Of a DNA stretch of 64,000 nt, positions 41,369 through 52,659 are shown one piece after another (within the stretch, counting starts at the first letter, position 1; the number at the start of each line of letters is the position of its first letter). The DNA is from Histomonas meleagridis 2922-C6/04-290x. Taxonomy: Eukaryota; Protista; Parabasalia. A program made the position numbers and the translations under genes. The notes below the pieces were generated by a model. The model did no database searches and had not been told where the DNA came from. It saw only the letters and a program-made list of their open reading frames with translations. The stretch spans positions 124,001 to 188,000 of the forward strand of contig JAANOX010000082.1 of NCBI GenBank assembly GCA_020184695.1. The letters are read 5' to 3'.

Positions 41369-41554
41369 ATGGGTTGCCCATATTGCCACACTGGTAACAA
41401 TTGGAAGACATGTCCTCGTTGCGGAACAACATACTGCAATAGCTGTGGTCGTGATGCTAATGGTAATCGTCTTCGTGCAGGAAATTTTTGCTCAAGATGC
41501 AATTGTACTGTAGCCTTCCAATACTCACAACATGCACCAGCATGGGGCAGGTAA
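41369..41554 (+). CDS. 61-aa Cys-rich putative zinc-binding microprotein
   Basis: Four CxxC pairs (CPYC, CPRC, CNSC, CSRC), an Inr upstream and GC content higher than the flanks. Confidence 0.68.
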   Translation: MGCPYCHTGNNWKTCPRCGTTYCNSCGRDANGNRLRAGNFCSRCNCTVAFQYSQHAPAWGR

Positions 41555-42107
41555 ATCAGTAAACAAATAGTTTGAAACTTTGATTTTCATAATTTTGCAC
41601 AAATACTAAAAACCGTTTGATATTTGTGCACAATGTGAAATGATTTAACGTCTTTTTCGCACGTTAATCGGAGCCCCACCCATCTTTTTTGTTGATAATT
41701 TAATGGATATTATGAAAATTACTTACTGGATGGAAATAGCTAAATTACAATTTGGATAAGAAGAAGGAATTGATTTCAATACTTTAAAAATAATTATCAT
41801 TTTTCCTTTTTAAATTTTATATTAAAAATGTAAAATTTTGCAATAAGGTTAAAAAAATTTGTTTGGTTGAATTTAAATAAATTTATTTACTCATGGTAAA
41901 GCATATTTTTCTGTTGAAATAGACCTAATTTGAAAAATTAAATCAGATCTTAAATCAATCAAATCTATTTTAACACATAACAAATGATAGACACAAAAAT
42001 TAAATTTAAATTTTAAAACATGCACTTTAAATTTTCTATATACCTTCTTTTGTTCATGAATTTCTGTTTCCAAAGTAAACGGTCGTAATTTTTCAGTTAG
42101 AACACTA

Positions 42108-43028
42108 ATGTCGGACGAGTTTACAAGACATATAGTGAAATTAATAATTGCAAGAACAGCTCAAAACAAAGGATTTACTTCCATTTCCAAGACATCTTTA
42201 GAAATTCTTGTTGAAATTGTGATAGACAGGCTTTTTGATTATGGAAGATCTGTTGCTGATGTTACAACATTTTGCGGAAGAACAGATTCAAATGGTTATG
42301 ATGTTTTTGTAGGTCTCAATAAGTTTCAAGAAACAGTTGATTCTCTTTCTTCTTTTTTAAATGCTGGAAGTAGTGTTCCTCAATTCGATTTTCTTGTTGA
42401 ACCTTACCCTATTCCAGTTCCATCTAAATTTTTTGCAGTTTCAACATCTAATCAACAACAAAAATCAACATATCCATTTCGCGCTAATACATCATTTGTT
42501 GTTTCAAATCCAGGACAAGGTAAACGATATCATATTCCACCATTTTTTGCTCCTCCTCCTGATCCATTTACGTATGACCATACCATTAAACCAGATCCTC
42601 AATTATCTGACGAGCCTGAAATTATTAAAAGAAGGGAAATTGATCAAGCTTCTCTACAAGTAGCACTAGCACAAATACTCTCAGGTAAAGGTACAGATTC
42701 ACAAACTTCTGTTAATTTTGATTGCGAATTAACAAAATTAACATCAACCGAACTTGTTACCAAACCAACAGAACTCCTTGAATCATCGTTATATACGTTA
42801 GAGGGAGAAAGGCCACATGTTGATCCAGAATTTCTTCCAATTAAAAACTTCAAAGATTCAGACATCATTGGAGGTAATAGGGACACCCCAAATATGCTCT
42901 CAATTCTGGCTATCGGTCAAGGCACCTCAGAACCAGGTACAATGAAAGATTCAAAATATGTTTCTTCCACAGCAAACGTATCAGAACAAAAATTAAATAT
43001 GAAATCAAATTCTCAAGAGAATGAATAG
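42108..43028 (+). CDS. TAF8: TFIID subunit TAF8-like (bromodomain-associated histone fold plus TAF8_C)
   Basis: GFTSISKTSLEILVE..FCGRTDSN histone fold and HIPPFFAPPPDPFTYDHT. Confidence 0.85.
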   Translation: MSDEFTRHIVKLIIARTAQNKGFTSISKTSLEILVEIVIDRLFDYGRSVADVTTFCGRTDSNGYDVFVGLNKFQETVDSLSSFLNAGSSVPQFDFLVEPYPIPVPSKFFAVSTSNQQQKSTYPFRANTSFVVSNPGQGKRYHIPPFFAPPPDPFTYDHTIKPDPQLSDEPEIIKRREIDQASLQVALAQILSGKGTDSQTSVNFDCELTKLTSTELVTKPTELLESSLYTLEGERPHVDPEFLPIKNFKDSDIIGGNRDTPNMLSILAIGQGTSEPGTMKDSKYVSSTANVSEQKLNMKSNSQENE

Positions 43029-43095
43029 AGAATGTAATCAATAAAAAATTATAAATTGTTGTATAAAACTCTTTAGGGTACCCCAAATATGATAA

Positions 43096-43728
43096 ATGAT
43101 TTGGAAAAATTCAACATTTCCGATTTCAAAGATAAATATGATCATCAGCATTGCTTTTTCACTTCTGGTTTACTTCCAAGTTTTAACACCAACTCAATTA
43201 TATTTCAATTTTGATTTAATTTTCAAACATAAAGAATGGTGGAGAATATTTACATCATTATATTATATCGGACCTCCATGTGCTCAAGTTATTACAATAA
43301 TATCAGGAATTTTCTTTTTTTCATTTTCCATTGAATCAACAGATTTTGCCAATAAGCCATTTGATTACTTTGTATTTCTTCTTTTGGGATTTGTGGGAAT
43401 GATATCATGTTCATTGTTTTTGCCTTCCATTGTTTATTTTAATGAATTTTTTTGTTATTATATTTTTACATATTGGCTTAAGAAGAACACTCATCGAAAT
43501 ATTAACGTAAACGGACATGAAGTTTCAATGAAGTACTTATGCGTATTTGGCTTTATAAACATATACAGAACATTACAAAGATTAGATTCTTTGATTTTGG
43601 TTATGTTTATATGTTTTTTGAGTTACATATACGTGCACATAAAAGAAGTCATTAATCCAAAATTCAATTTAAGATTATTCTGTTTCTCACAATCTCTGAA
43701 TTCGAAGTTTAACGAACTTATCAATTAA
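43096..43728 (+). CDS. Derlin (DER1-like) ERAD membrane protein
   Basis: QLYFNFDLIFKHKEWWRIFTSLYY, SIES..F..KPFDYFVFLLLG and multiple TMs. Confidence 0.78.
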   Translation: MIWKNSTFPISKINMIISIAFSLLVYFQVLTPTQLYFNFDLIFKHKEWWRIFTSLYYIGPPCAQVITIISGIFFFSFSIESTDFANKPFDYFVFLLLGFVGMISCSLFLPSIVYFNEFFCYYIFTYWLKKNTHRNINVNGHEVSMKYLCVFGFINIYRTLQRLDSLILVMFICFLSYIYVHIKEVINPKFNLRLFCFSQSLNSKFNELIN

Positions 43729-43818
43729 CCAAAGACAAAAATTTACCATCAAACAGAACCTTAATAAAACTTTCATTTGTTTGTATATATTAAATTTTTA
43801 AAAAATTCGAGTTTTTGT

Positions 43819-44673
43819 TTATTGTTCAAAATGCATTCCATGAAGTCTATAAACCTCTTCAAGGCTTGTGATATTTAAGATAAGGCATTTACCTGTATCC
43901 ATTTGTTCAATTTGTTCAATATCAGTATCTGAAAGATTGAAATCATTGATATTAATGTTTTCTTGAATTCGATTTTCATGAACTGATTTTGGAATCGCAA
44001 TGATTTGACTTTGAATAAGCCATCTTAAAATGACTTGTGCAGGCGTCTTATGATATTTCTCACTAATGGAGTTAAGTATTGGGCTCTTGAAAATATCATT
44101 TTTACCTTGTGCTAATGGCCCCCATGCCATTGGTTTAATTTGATACTTTTCCATAACTTTTCGAAGCGACTTTTGTTGGAAAAATGGATGAAGCTCAACT
44201 TGATTGACAGCTGGAACAATTTTGTGGGTCAAGACTAAATCAACTAAGCGGTCTTCTAAGAAGTTAGAAACACCTATAGCCCTAATTTTTCCTTCGGAAT
44301 ATAATTCTTCCATTGCTCGCCAACTACCATGATAGTCACCATAAGGCATATGTATTAGGTATAAATCAAGATAGTTTGTTTGAAGATTTTCTAAGGTTTT
44401 AGCAAATGATTGCTTGGTTTTTTCATAGTCTGCATCTTGAATCCAAACTTTAGAAACAATAAAAATTTCTTCTCTTGGAATGCCGCTTTCTTTTATAGCT
44501 TTACCAACAGCTTTTTCATTTCCATAAACAGCGGCTGTATCAATCATTCTATATCCTGATTTCAAAGCAAAGAGTACGGACTTTTCACACTCTTCTAGAT
44601 CTGTGACTAAGTATACACCAAATCCTAAAAGAGGCATTTCAACATTGTTGTTAAGCTTGATGGTATTTTTCAT
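43819..44673 (-). CDS. Aldo/keto reductase (AKR5/2,5-DKG reductase-like), bacterial-like
   Basis: GYRMIDTAAVYGNE, SKVW, LDLYLIH, IRAIGVSNF, NQVELHP and IAIPKS. Likely start is MKNTIKL at 44673. Confidence 0.95.
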   Translation of the reverse strand: MKNTIKLNNNVEMPLLGFGVYLVTDLEECEKSVLFALKSGYRMIDTAAVYGNEKAVGKAIKESGIPREEIFIVSKVWIQDADYEKTKQSFAKTLENLQTNYLDLYLIHMPYGDYHGSWRAMEELYSEGKIRAIGVSNFLEDRLVDLVLTHKIVPAVNQVELHPFFQQKSLRKVMEKYQIKPMAWGPLAQGKNDIFKSPILNSISEKYHKTPAQVILRWLIQSQIIAIPKSVHENRIQENININDFNLSDTDIEQIEQMDTGKCLILNITSLEEVYRLHGMHFEQ

Positions 44674-45302
44674 AAGTGAACAAAACAAAAATCATAATTT
44701 TCGTCCTTTCAAATATTATCGCATGTTGAATTGAACAGCTACAGAAAATTATCGTTTGACTCAAAAATTCAAAGACTAAGGATCGTATCGGCTATGGACA
44801 ACAGATGTTACTGAATGAGAATGAAGTTTGCAAACTCTCAAAAAAGCTGCATCATCGGGCTTAAACATGAAAATTATTAAACTCTTTTTTGAAATATCTC
44901 TAATACAAAATTTTCGAACTTTAAATTTCGAGCAAAAGTTTACTCATAATTGTTATAATCTTCGAAAGTTTGGATAGAATAATTGTCAAATATTTAAAAA
45001 AATAATTAATGCTAAATTATTTGCTAATAATAAAATTATCGTTTGCATTAACCAACTGTTATCAACTTATAGGTAAATCACCGGAATGCTATGTGCATAA
45101 TAATTAAAGTTATATATGTGGAAGACAATATGTTTATTAGTTCCATTCGAATCGAATAAAAAAAGAATTTTTTATGAAAATTATAAAAAATAACACTACA
45201 ACAGAATGTCTTTATTAAAGTTTTTGCTTGCAACATAAACTCAGAATTTTAATAAATTATGATTTAAAATATGATTTAAATAATAATGATGTGATACATT
45301 TA

Positions 45303-45515
45303 TCATTCTCCACTGTTTTCATTTTCTTGGCTATCCCCTTCTGCTGCTTCTTCTTGCTCACTTTGTTGCTTCTTTTCAAAAAATTGTAAAGCAAATTTAT
45401 AAATTCCAACTGCATCTTCGGGTTGCTCTCTTAGAATTTCTGTTGTGAGTTCAGCGAGCAACTCTGGGAATCCATCAGGAATTTTGAAAATTGGTGCATA
45501 AGTGCTGTAGCTCAT
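45303..45515 (-). CDS. RIIa/DPY-30-type dimerisation-docking domain protein
   Basis: FKIPDGFPELLAELTTEILREQPED..IYKFALQFF followed by an acidic tail. Likely start is MSYS at 45515. Confidence 0.8.
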   Translation of the reverse strand: MSYSTYAPIFKIPDGFPELLAELTTEILREQPEDAVGIYKFALQFFEKKQQSEQEEAAEGDSQENENSGE

Positions 45516-46338
45516 TGAATAACGTATATTCGGTTTATGAAAAAGTGTCACATTTTCACAAATATCTCGTTCATGATTTAAATGTCAATTTAAATAATTA
45601 TCAACCTCAAATTATTAAACAACAATTGGGAAATTTTTTGCATTTTCCTTCTACAATTTTGATAAATTTATCAAATTCTTTCATTTTTTTCATTACTTTG
45701 AACTAAATTTCTTCTGAATCAATGGTTTTCTATTCCATGAACTTTATTGATAGTTGTTTATTTTGTTTGCATTTGTGGGAAAATTTATTGGTGTTACGTC
45801 TCATTTTTTTTGAGAAGATAAAACAAATGCATTTGTTTAAAATGCATGGCAAGAAAAATGTAATTAAAAATCGATTTTCATTAATTTTTTCTTCAGCTTA
45901 TTATATATTTTCAATCATAATGGAACATACTTAATTTTTTGTAAATAACTTAAGGAACTTCTTCAGTGTTCCTGTGTTGATTATCGTGTGTGTTCATATG
46001 ATTTTTAATTAATTCAGCAATTTCAGTGAAATGATTTTTCTCAGCAATCTCAGCTTCATTTCCAGATGTGTAAACTCTTTCTGTCTGATATAGCATTTCA
46101 TTTAGAATTAATTTACATTTTCCTAATTGTTCTATTCACTTTCCTCTTCTTCCAATAATAAGAAAATGATATCAGATCTCAGAACTTAAATATTAACAAA
46201 ATTATCCAAAGTTTGGTGATAACTCCTTCATTGATATTGAAAAGATCCATAAATTTTTTTTGAGTATTTTACACAAAAAGTTCTTGCAAAAACCCAAAAA
46301 TAAACGTCCGCTTATATAATAAATCATTGAATCATTTA

Positions 46339-47848
46339 TTAGTACTTTAGATCAGAACCGCCAACAAACTCGCGAAGGCAAGAAGTGTGTGGAACGATTT
46401 CAACTGAGAGTGGGTAGAAGAAGTTTAGGAATCCTTGTAGCCTCAAAGCCTCCTTAGTTACTTCTTGCGACTGTGGGTCATCTGGGTCCTCGTCAGGCCC
46501 CGGAATTGAAGCCTCAGCCAAAAGACCTCTTGCGTAAATGGACAAAACAGGCAGCTCGTAAACCAATGCCGAGTTAAAGAACAGCTCTGCGTTTGCCTGG
46601 AATGGGAATATGTTATTTTCTTCTCCTCTACGAACGCTTACCCATCTTTGGAGAGTTTTCCGTGGTGAATGACCACGGAACTTAAAGTCACGGACAAGTC
46701 TTCTTATCAAACGTAATGATGCTGTTGGGAATCTATGTGTAGCATCTATATTAATTGGGGTAAGTGCAGATACATATATTGGACAAACTCTATCTGCTCC
46801 AAATGCGTTAAGAAGTATAGGGTTAAGTCCGTGGATACCTTCAAGTATAAGGAAGCAGTTCGGTGGAAGAGTGATGAACTCAGTGGTGCTGTCTTCGCCA
46901 ACACCCTTTTTGAATATGAATTTGCGGCGCGGAACGGTTTTGCCATTGAGGAGATCGTTAACTCGCTCGCTCAAAAGTTTGATGTTGAGAGTGGAAACAT
47001 GCTCAAAATCTTGAAGACCGTCGGGGCCGAATGGGATCTCGGAGTTGTCCTTGAAGTAGTCGTCCATTTCGATGATGACTGATTGATAGCCAACAACACG
47101 AAGTGAGATTGCAAGACGTTTGGCAAATGTGGTCTTGTTAGAGGATGATGGACCGGCAATGGTAATGATCTTCTTCTTGTCGAAATTAGCTACAAGATGA
47201 TCTGCAATTGTGGCTAGTTTTTGCTCATGAAGACCTTCAGCAAACCCATTTGATTCCATCTACTTTACGATCAAAGATCAGTTGGTTGAGATTTGAAGCA
47301 TACTCACACTTGAGAAGTTTGGCCCATTCTGAATATTCTTGGAACATTTGATGAAGTACTTCTGGATCTTTGAATTCTGGAATTACATCTCCTGCGAAAA
47401 ATGTTGGCGAACGTAAAACAAGACCATCTGCATACTTTCTGATTTCGAATATTTTGAGTCGATCTTTATCAGTTGAACATGGCTCAATGATATAATCAAG
47501 AAAGTCCTCGTACTTGATGCATGAAATCTCATGATCTTGCCATGTCTTTAACACATTAACTTTATCGATTTGATTTCGTTCTTGGAAATATTTGCAAAGT
47601 TTAGAATGCTTCACTGTGACAATTTCAATGGGCTGATCGCTCTTAAGTATTTCGTTGATTGAGTCTGTTAGTTTTTTGCACATCTCTTCTGTTATTGGAT
47701 TTCTTTCCAAATCGGTGCAATATATACCGTCATTTAAAGTATGCTCTACTTTTATGTTTCTTTTGAAGTTTTTCCAGTATTGAGAGGATAGAAGAAAAGT
47801 AAGTGTAGCAGTTTCTGCATGGAGTTGGGAACGTGGAACTTTGCTCAT
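46339..47848 (-). CDS. Uridine kinase/phosphoribulokinase-family protein with ThrRS-like N-domain, split by a 1-nt insertion near 47245
   Basis: Walker A AGPSSSNKTT, MDDYF, ILEGIHGLNP, RLIRRLVRD..RG and NIFPFQ..A..FFNSAL. The junction tgg gtt T gct gaa restores to IKWVAEGLHE if one T is removed. Confidence 0.85.
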
Positions 47849-48357
47849 TTCTGAAAGTGTCACTTTTATCACAATATTTCTGATGTTTATTTTCATTCGG
47901 CCAAACTTTAATTGATTAATGAGTGAGAGAACGATGTAAATTATGAAGTTTACACGTCCAATCATTCAAAATTGAATATAACGATAGATCATTGACAATG
48001 AATTTGACTCTTTCTGCTATATTATTACAAAAAACCTTCATTGTGGTCATGCACATCTAGTTCTTTTGCAAAGCCAAACATGGATCAATGAAATAAATTT
48101 CTTTAATGAGCAACTTATCCACATGAAAAGTTTTCTTTCATTTAAATTTTCAAACAGAAATTTCTGATGATTCCGATCGTCCTATCGCACAAACTGAAAT
48201 GGTGAGCAGAATGAATCTATCTTTATCCAAAATGTTAATAAATGCTATATTTATAATATATACTCAAAAAAAATAGTGTAATAAAAATATTTTTTTCATC
48301 ATCAGTCATTGGCTATCAGTTGTGAATCATGAAATATAATTTGCTTATTGGTTTCGT

Positions 48358-51300
48358 TTACTCTGCTGAATTTTCGATGTTTTCGACTGACGTTTCTACT
48401 CTAAGCGAAGTATCCAATGCTTTTTGTATCGAATATGAATTATCTTCATCAGGCGAATAATCCTGTAGACTGGTGCGAATTATGTTCAAGTCATCCTTTA
48501 AGCAGTGCAAATATTCCTGAACAATTCCGACTAATGACAAATCTTTGGAAACTTCAACAGGTAATCCGTCTGATTCTAATTCACCTTCAGAGTCTTCGTC
48601 GAATGTATCATAGTCATAGTCGTAGTCATATTCATTGTATTCGTCATCTTCTCCTGGTGGGATAAAGAAGACACCGTTATTATTATCGTTGCCATTTTTC
48701 AGAAACATTGAATTGTCGTTGCCATTCATCAAAAACTTTGAAAAAGGTGAATCGGCCGGAACTTTCAATGGCTCTCTGAAATTAACCGTCGATTTTCCTC
48801 CAGCGTTGTTGCCAAACTCTGGAAATACAGAGCCAAAGTCAAATTTTGATGCTTTTCCTTCATTGTTTCCTTTGTTTTGAGAATTACCATGTCCAAAATC
48901 GGAAAATCCAGAGCTAAAATCAAATTTGGAGACTTTTCCTCCAGTGTTTCCCTTATCATTCGAATTTCCACTACCAAAATCAGAAAATCCAGAACCGAAA
49001 TCAAATTTGGAGACTTTTCCTTCAGTGTTTCCTTTGTTAGAATTTCCACTCCCAAAATCAGAAAATGCGGAACTAAAGTCAAATTTCGATACTTTTTCAT
49101 CATTCTTTGTCTTGTTATTCAAGCCACCAAAATCAAAGATTGGGTTTTGTGGAGAATCATCAAATTCACTTGGCGGTGTTGGAGCTCTCGCTCCGAATAA
49201 GTCGTCACTTTTTCTAAGAGGCGACGACCGTTTATTGAACAGTGGCAAATTTTCTCCATCGTCAAAAAGTGGCGATGGCATTTGAGACTTATTTCTTTGG
49301 TGGTTAATTGGCGGTTCTGGAGGTTGTAGTATTGAAAACTTTGGAGATGAACCTCTTCTAATTGGAGAATCAGGAGGCGGCAGACCCAACAAAGCATTAT
49401 TAGGCTGAGAAGATCTTCTTGTGATCTTCGGCGTTTGATCAAAAACAGGTTGTTGAGCATAAGAAGGCGGAGGTATGTTAATCTGTGACACATTTTTCGG
49501 TGGCATTTCACTTTCAATCATAGCCGTAAATTTGAGAGGTTTACGTTCTAACTGCACATCAAAATGTACATCATCGAAATGAGGAAATTCCTTTTCTTCA
49601 TATTCGTCTTCGAACCCTTCAATTGGAGGGGTAATGATATAACCAGGAATGTCGTCGAATGATTTAATATCAGATTCGACATCGTTAGCGAGAAATGGGA
49701 CAAATTGAAATGGAACTTTCAAAAATCCATCATAAGAAGGAGGGAATTGGATATCAAGAACAACAGGTTTCTCTTTATCTTCCTTTTCGACAACAACTTC
49801 TTCAACATCTTTTTCTTTTTCTTTCACTTCTTCTTTCACTTCTTCTTCTTTCGTTTCTATTTCTATATCGAAAGCGTTTGTAGTTGTTTTGATTTCGGGC
49901 TTAAACATTTCTTCAAGTTCAGGTAGCGTAAGTTCGAGACTATCTTGAGAAGTATTCTTCAGAACTTCATTTGCTTCATCGAAACTGATTTGTTTTTCAT
50001 TCGCTTTAGTATTTTGTGCCTTAATTTCATCAGCGAAATATTTCTTCATTTGATTCGTAACTATTTCAGCAATAGGTAATAAGTTTTGTATGTTTTTCAC
50101 TATTTTTTGTAACATGTAATTAATGTTTTGCTTCTCACTGAGTTCGCCAATTGATAAACCTGCTGAAGACTTCGGTATTTCCATCGAATACATTTTGAAG
50201 AGACGCGAAATATCAATAGTCTCTTGAAGGAGTGGGAAATATTGGTAATAATCGGATAACTTATATGAGAACATTAGACCTTGAATCGAGATCTCCTTTT
50301 TGTTGTTGTTCTGTGATATACTTAAAAACGTCGAAATGAATTGTGTGACATCATTTAATATGTATGTAATGAATGGACCAGAAAAGAATTTGTTAGGCGT
50401 TTCTGGTTTATATTCTGAGAATAGTTTCGAATATTGATCGAATGTGTTTAACTCTTCGATGATTTCTTGTGCATTTTGATAATTCGATTCAACAATATCT
50501 TGAAGATATGTGATGTTCTTGAACTCTAAACTGTCTTTAAATATGTCTAGAAATGTGTTCTTCATTTGTGTTATGTCTTTTAAGAGGTCTTCATAATCAA
50601 AACAATAGTAAGTGAGCTGTTGTTTATGGTCGTTCAATTTTAATTCAAATGATTTCAATAGCTTTGTTTGCTCTACAACAGTGAATTGAATTTTGATTAA
50701 ATTATTTGTCGGTTGTAATTCAATTAATTGATTCAACATTACAATTGAATTTGACCCTAAAATTTCAAAGATTTCACAACAATGATAAAAGCTAAGACGG
50801 ATTGTACGTTTTAAGATCCATAAGAAGAATGAAATGAATTTAATTTGTTCATCTATTTTCTCGTTTTGATATTGTGTATAAAGTGTGATTAACAAAATGT
50901 AAACCTGTGAAATTTGGTTGTAAAACTCTTTTGTGTTGTCTTTGTTTGGATTTTCTAAGATATCTGAAATATTTGAAATGATTTCTTTGTTGATTGAAAT
51001 TTGTTCGTCGGTTAAGTCATCGTTTGTAACGGTTTCCAAAATTTCTTTGATTTCGTTGTAATATAATTCATCGAACTTTAAAAACTTATTCCAAACTTCA
51101 TATTTCAATTCCTTTAAAGTCGGCAAATAAATATAATCAATATCTAAACAACAAAATGATATTTGTAAGTTGATAATTGATAACTCGACAATATTATGGA
51201 AATATTTCGATTTATTTCCATTTAATTTCTCGACACACGAATCGAATTCTTTCATTGCGAAGTTTAATATGTCGATCATCAATTGGTAACGTTTCTTTTC

Positions 51301-52659
51301 AGATGATTTACTTTGTTTTGTAATTTCATTTGCTAAAACATTAATGAATTCATCGAATTTTTGTTTCATAACTTTGACACTTTCATTAAATTTGTCGATT
51401 TCATTTTTCATAAAAATTTCTTTCATCAAATTAATCGAATCCAACAAATCTTTTCCAAGTATTGTAACTTCGTTTATAATTGTTTCGATCGAAATACTTT
51501 TATATATCAATGATCTCTTATCTGATTCGACTCCTTTTATAAAGTTATTCAAACTCGGCTCAAACATCACTGAAATTTTTCCGATTTTTTCGAGTTCTTC
51601 ACCAAACAATATGTTACAAAAGCTTTGCGCTGGTACATAATCATTTACAAAACTTTCAAATAATATCTTTTTAACACTTCGTAAGTTTTCGTCGAATTTG
51701 GAATACGAATTCTTCATTACCAAAAGTTCTTCTTGGAACTTACTTCGAAATCGAGATATTTTATAAAAAGAAGATGCAACATTAAATACATTCGTTGCCA
51801 AGTCTGATAATGGTGTAAATAGTAATTGAACTTGTTGCGTATTAAGTAAAATGGTGTTAATACTTAAGAAGATACATAATGTAATGTAATGAATTTGAAT
51901 ATGAATAAAATGTTGAAATTGACTAAAAGGTACTTCTGTAAGTGTAGTGACGTAATTACTTTTGACGGCATTGTTTAAGTTCTCAAAGACTTTGCTGTAT
52001 TGTGGCGTTAAGTTTTTGATGTTTGTGAACATTTGTGAAAATTGGACTTCGTTCAAAGCAGTGGAATGACGCTCTAGAATGCCCGCTTTGATCGCATCGG
52101 CTAAGGAGATCATGCTGATGAGGTCGTTGCAGAATTTTTCCATATCTGATCGTATCGGTGGAACTTGAACAACTGAGGAAAATCGACTGGATTCAACATC
52201 GCAAACCAAGGCACAGGTCTTAATGCTTTGCATTAACTTGAATAACTTAAAACATAACGAATGAAATGCATCTGGATTTGGATTCAAGCGTAATGCTAAA
52301 AGTTTTTGATTCATGTCATCAAGACAAACAGGAACAATATCCATAAGGAACTTTAAGAGCGTAAGGAAAATGGAAAGGGAGCAACCAGAAATTGAAGTTT
52401 GTATTAGTCCATTTTGAACATTTGTCTTGACTTTACCAAGTGTACTTGTACATGAAATGAGAGCTACATTTAGAATACTAGCAAGCGTTTCAATGTAAGC
52501 AGAAGGAATTCTTGTAGAATCATTTAATGTTGGATCTTGATTTAAAGTTGATATAAAATCATTCATAATTTGTGGAATTTCAATGGAATCTTGGTCTACT
52601 CCTTCAACGTTGAATGAGTTATGAAGTAATTCTTGTAGTTGTTTTGTTGATAATTCCAT
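48358..52659 (-). CDS. Large (1433 aa) helical protein with Pro-rich and repeated Phe-motif C-terminal region
   Basis: Long intact ORF with four copies of (G)KVSKFDFxSxFSDFGxGNS at about 48820-49090 and an acidic tail. Confidence 0.85.
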   Translation of the reverse strand: MELSTKQLQELLHNSFNVEGVDQDSIEIPQIMNDFISTLNQDPTLNDSTRIPSAYIETLASILNVALISCTSTLGKVKTNVQNGLIQTSISGCSLSIFLTLLKFLMDIVPVCLDDMNQKLLALRLNPNPDAFHSLCFKLFKLMQSIKTCALVCDVESSRFSSVVQVPPIRSDMEKFCNDLISMISLADAIKAGILERHSTALNEVQFSQMFTNIKNLTPQYSKVFENLNNAVKSNYVTTLTEVPFSQFQHFIHIQIHYITLCIFLSINTILLNTQQVQLLFTPLSDLATNVFNVASSFYKISRFRSKFQEELLVMKNSYSKFDENLRSVKKILFESFVNDYVPAQSFCNILFGEELEKIGKISVMFEPSLNNFIKGVESDKRSLIYKSISIETIINEVTILGKDLLDSINLMKEIFMKNEIDKFNESVKVMKQKFDEFINVLANEITKQSKSSEKKRYQLMIDILNFAMKEFDSCVEKLNGNKSKYFHNIVELSIINLQISFCCLDIDYIYLPTLKELKYEVWNKFLKFDELYYNEIKEILETVTNDDLTDEQISINKEIISNISDILENPNKDNTKEFYNQISQVYILLITLYTQYQNEKIDEQIKFISFFLWILKRTIRLSFYHCCEIFEILGSNSIVMLNQLIELQPTNNLIKIQFTVVEQTKLLKSFELKLNDHKQQLTYYCFDYEDLLKDITQMKNTFLDIFKDSLEFKNITYLQDIVESNYQNAQEIIEELNTFDQYSKLFSEYKPETPNKFFSGPFITYILNDVTQFISTFLSISQNNNKKEISIQGLMFSYKLSDYYQYFPLLQETIDISRLFKMYSMEIPKSSAGLSIGELSEKQNINYMLQKIVKNIQNLLPIAEIVTNQMKKYFADEIKAQNTKANEKQISFDEANEVLKNTSQDSLELTLPELEEMFKPEIKTTTNAFDIEIETKEEEVKEEVKEKEKDVEEVVVEKEDKEKPVVLDIQFPPSYDGFLKVPFQFVPFLANDVESDIKSFDDIPGYIITPPIEGFEDEYEEKEFPHFDDVHFDVQLERKPLKFTAMIESEMPPKNVSQINIPPPSYAQQPVFDQTPKITRRSSQPNNALLGLPPPDSPIRRGSSPKFSILQPPEPPINHQRNKSQMPSPLFDDGENLPLFNKRSSPLRKSDDLFGARAPTPPSEFDDSPQNPIFDFGGLNNKTKNDEKVSKFDFSSAFSDFGSGNSNKGNTEGKVSKFDFGSGFSDFGSGNSNDKGNTGGKVSKFDFSSGFSDFGHGNSQNKGNNEGKASKFDFGSVFPEFGNNAGGKSTVNFREPLKVPADSPFSKFLMNGNDNSMFLKNGNDNNNGVFFIPPGEDDEYNEYDYDYDYDTFDEDSEGELESDGLPVEVSKDLSLVGIVQEYLHCLKDDLNIIRTSLQDYSPDEDNSYSIQKALDTSLRVETSVENIENSAE

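Noticed and set aside
41551-41570. Possible 20-nt GT-AG intron at the end of the Cys-rich microprotein
   Set aside because: It has no branch-site consensus and is shorter than known trichomonad introns, and the ORF already ends cleanly at TAA 41552-41554.
45950-46250. Minus-strand fragment with coding-like composition
   Set aside because: Multiple stops and no recognisable family; noted only as a probable relic.
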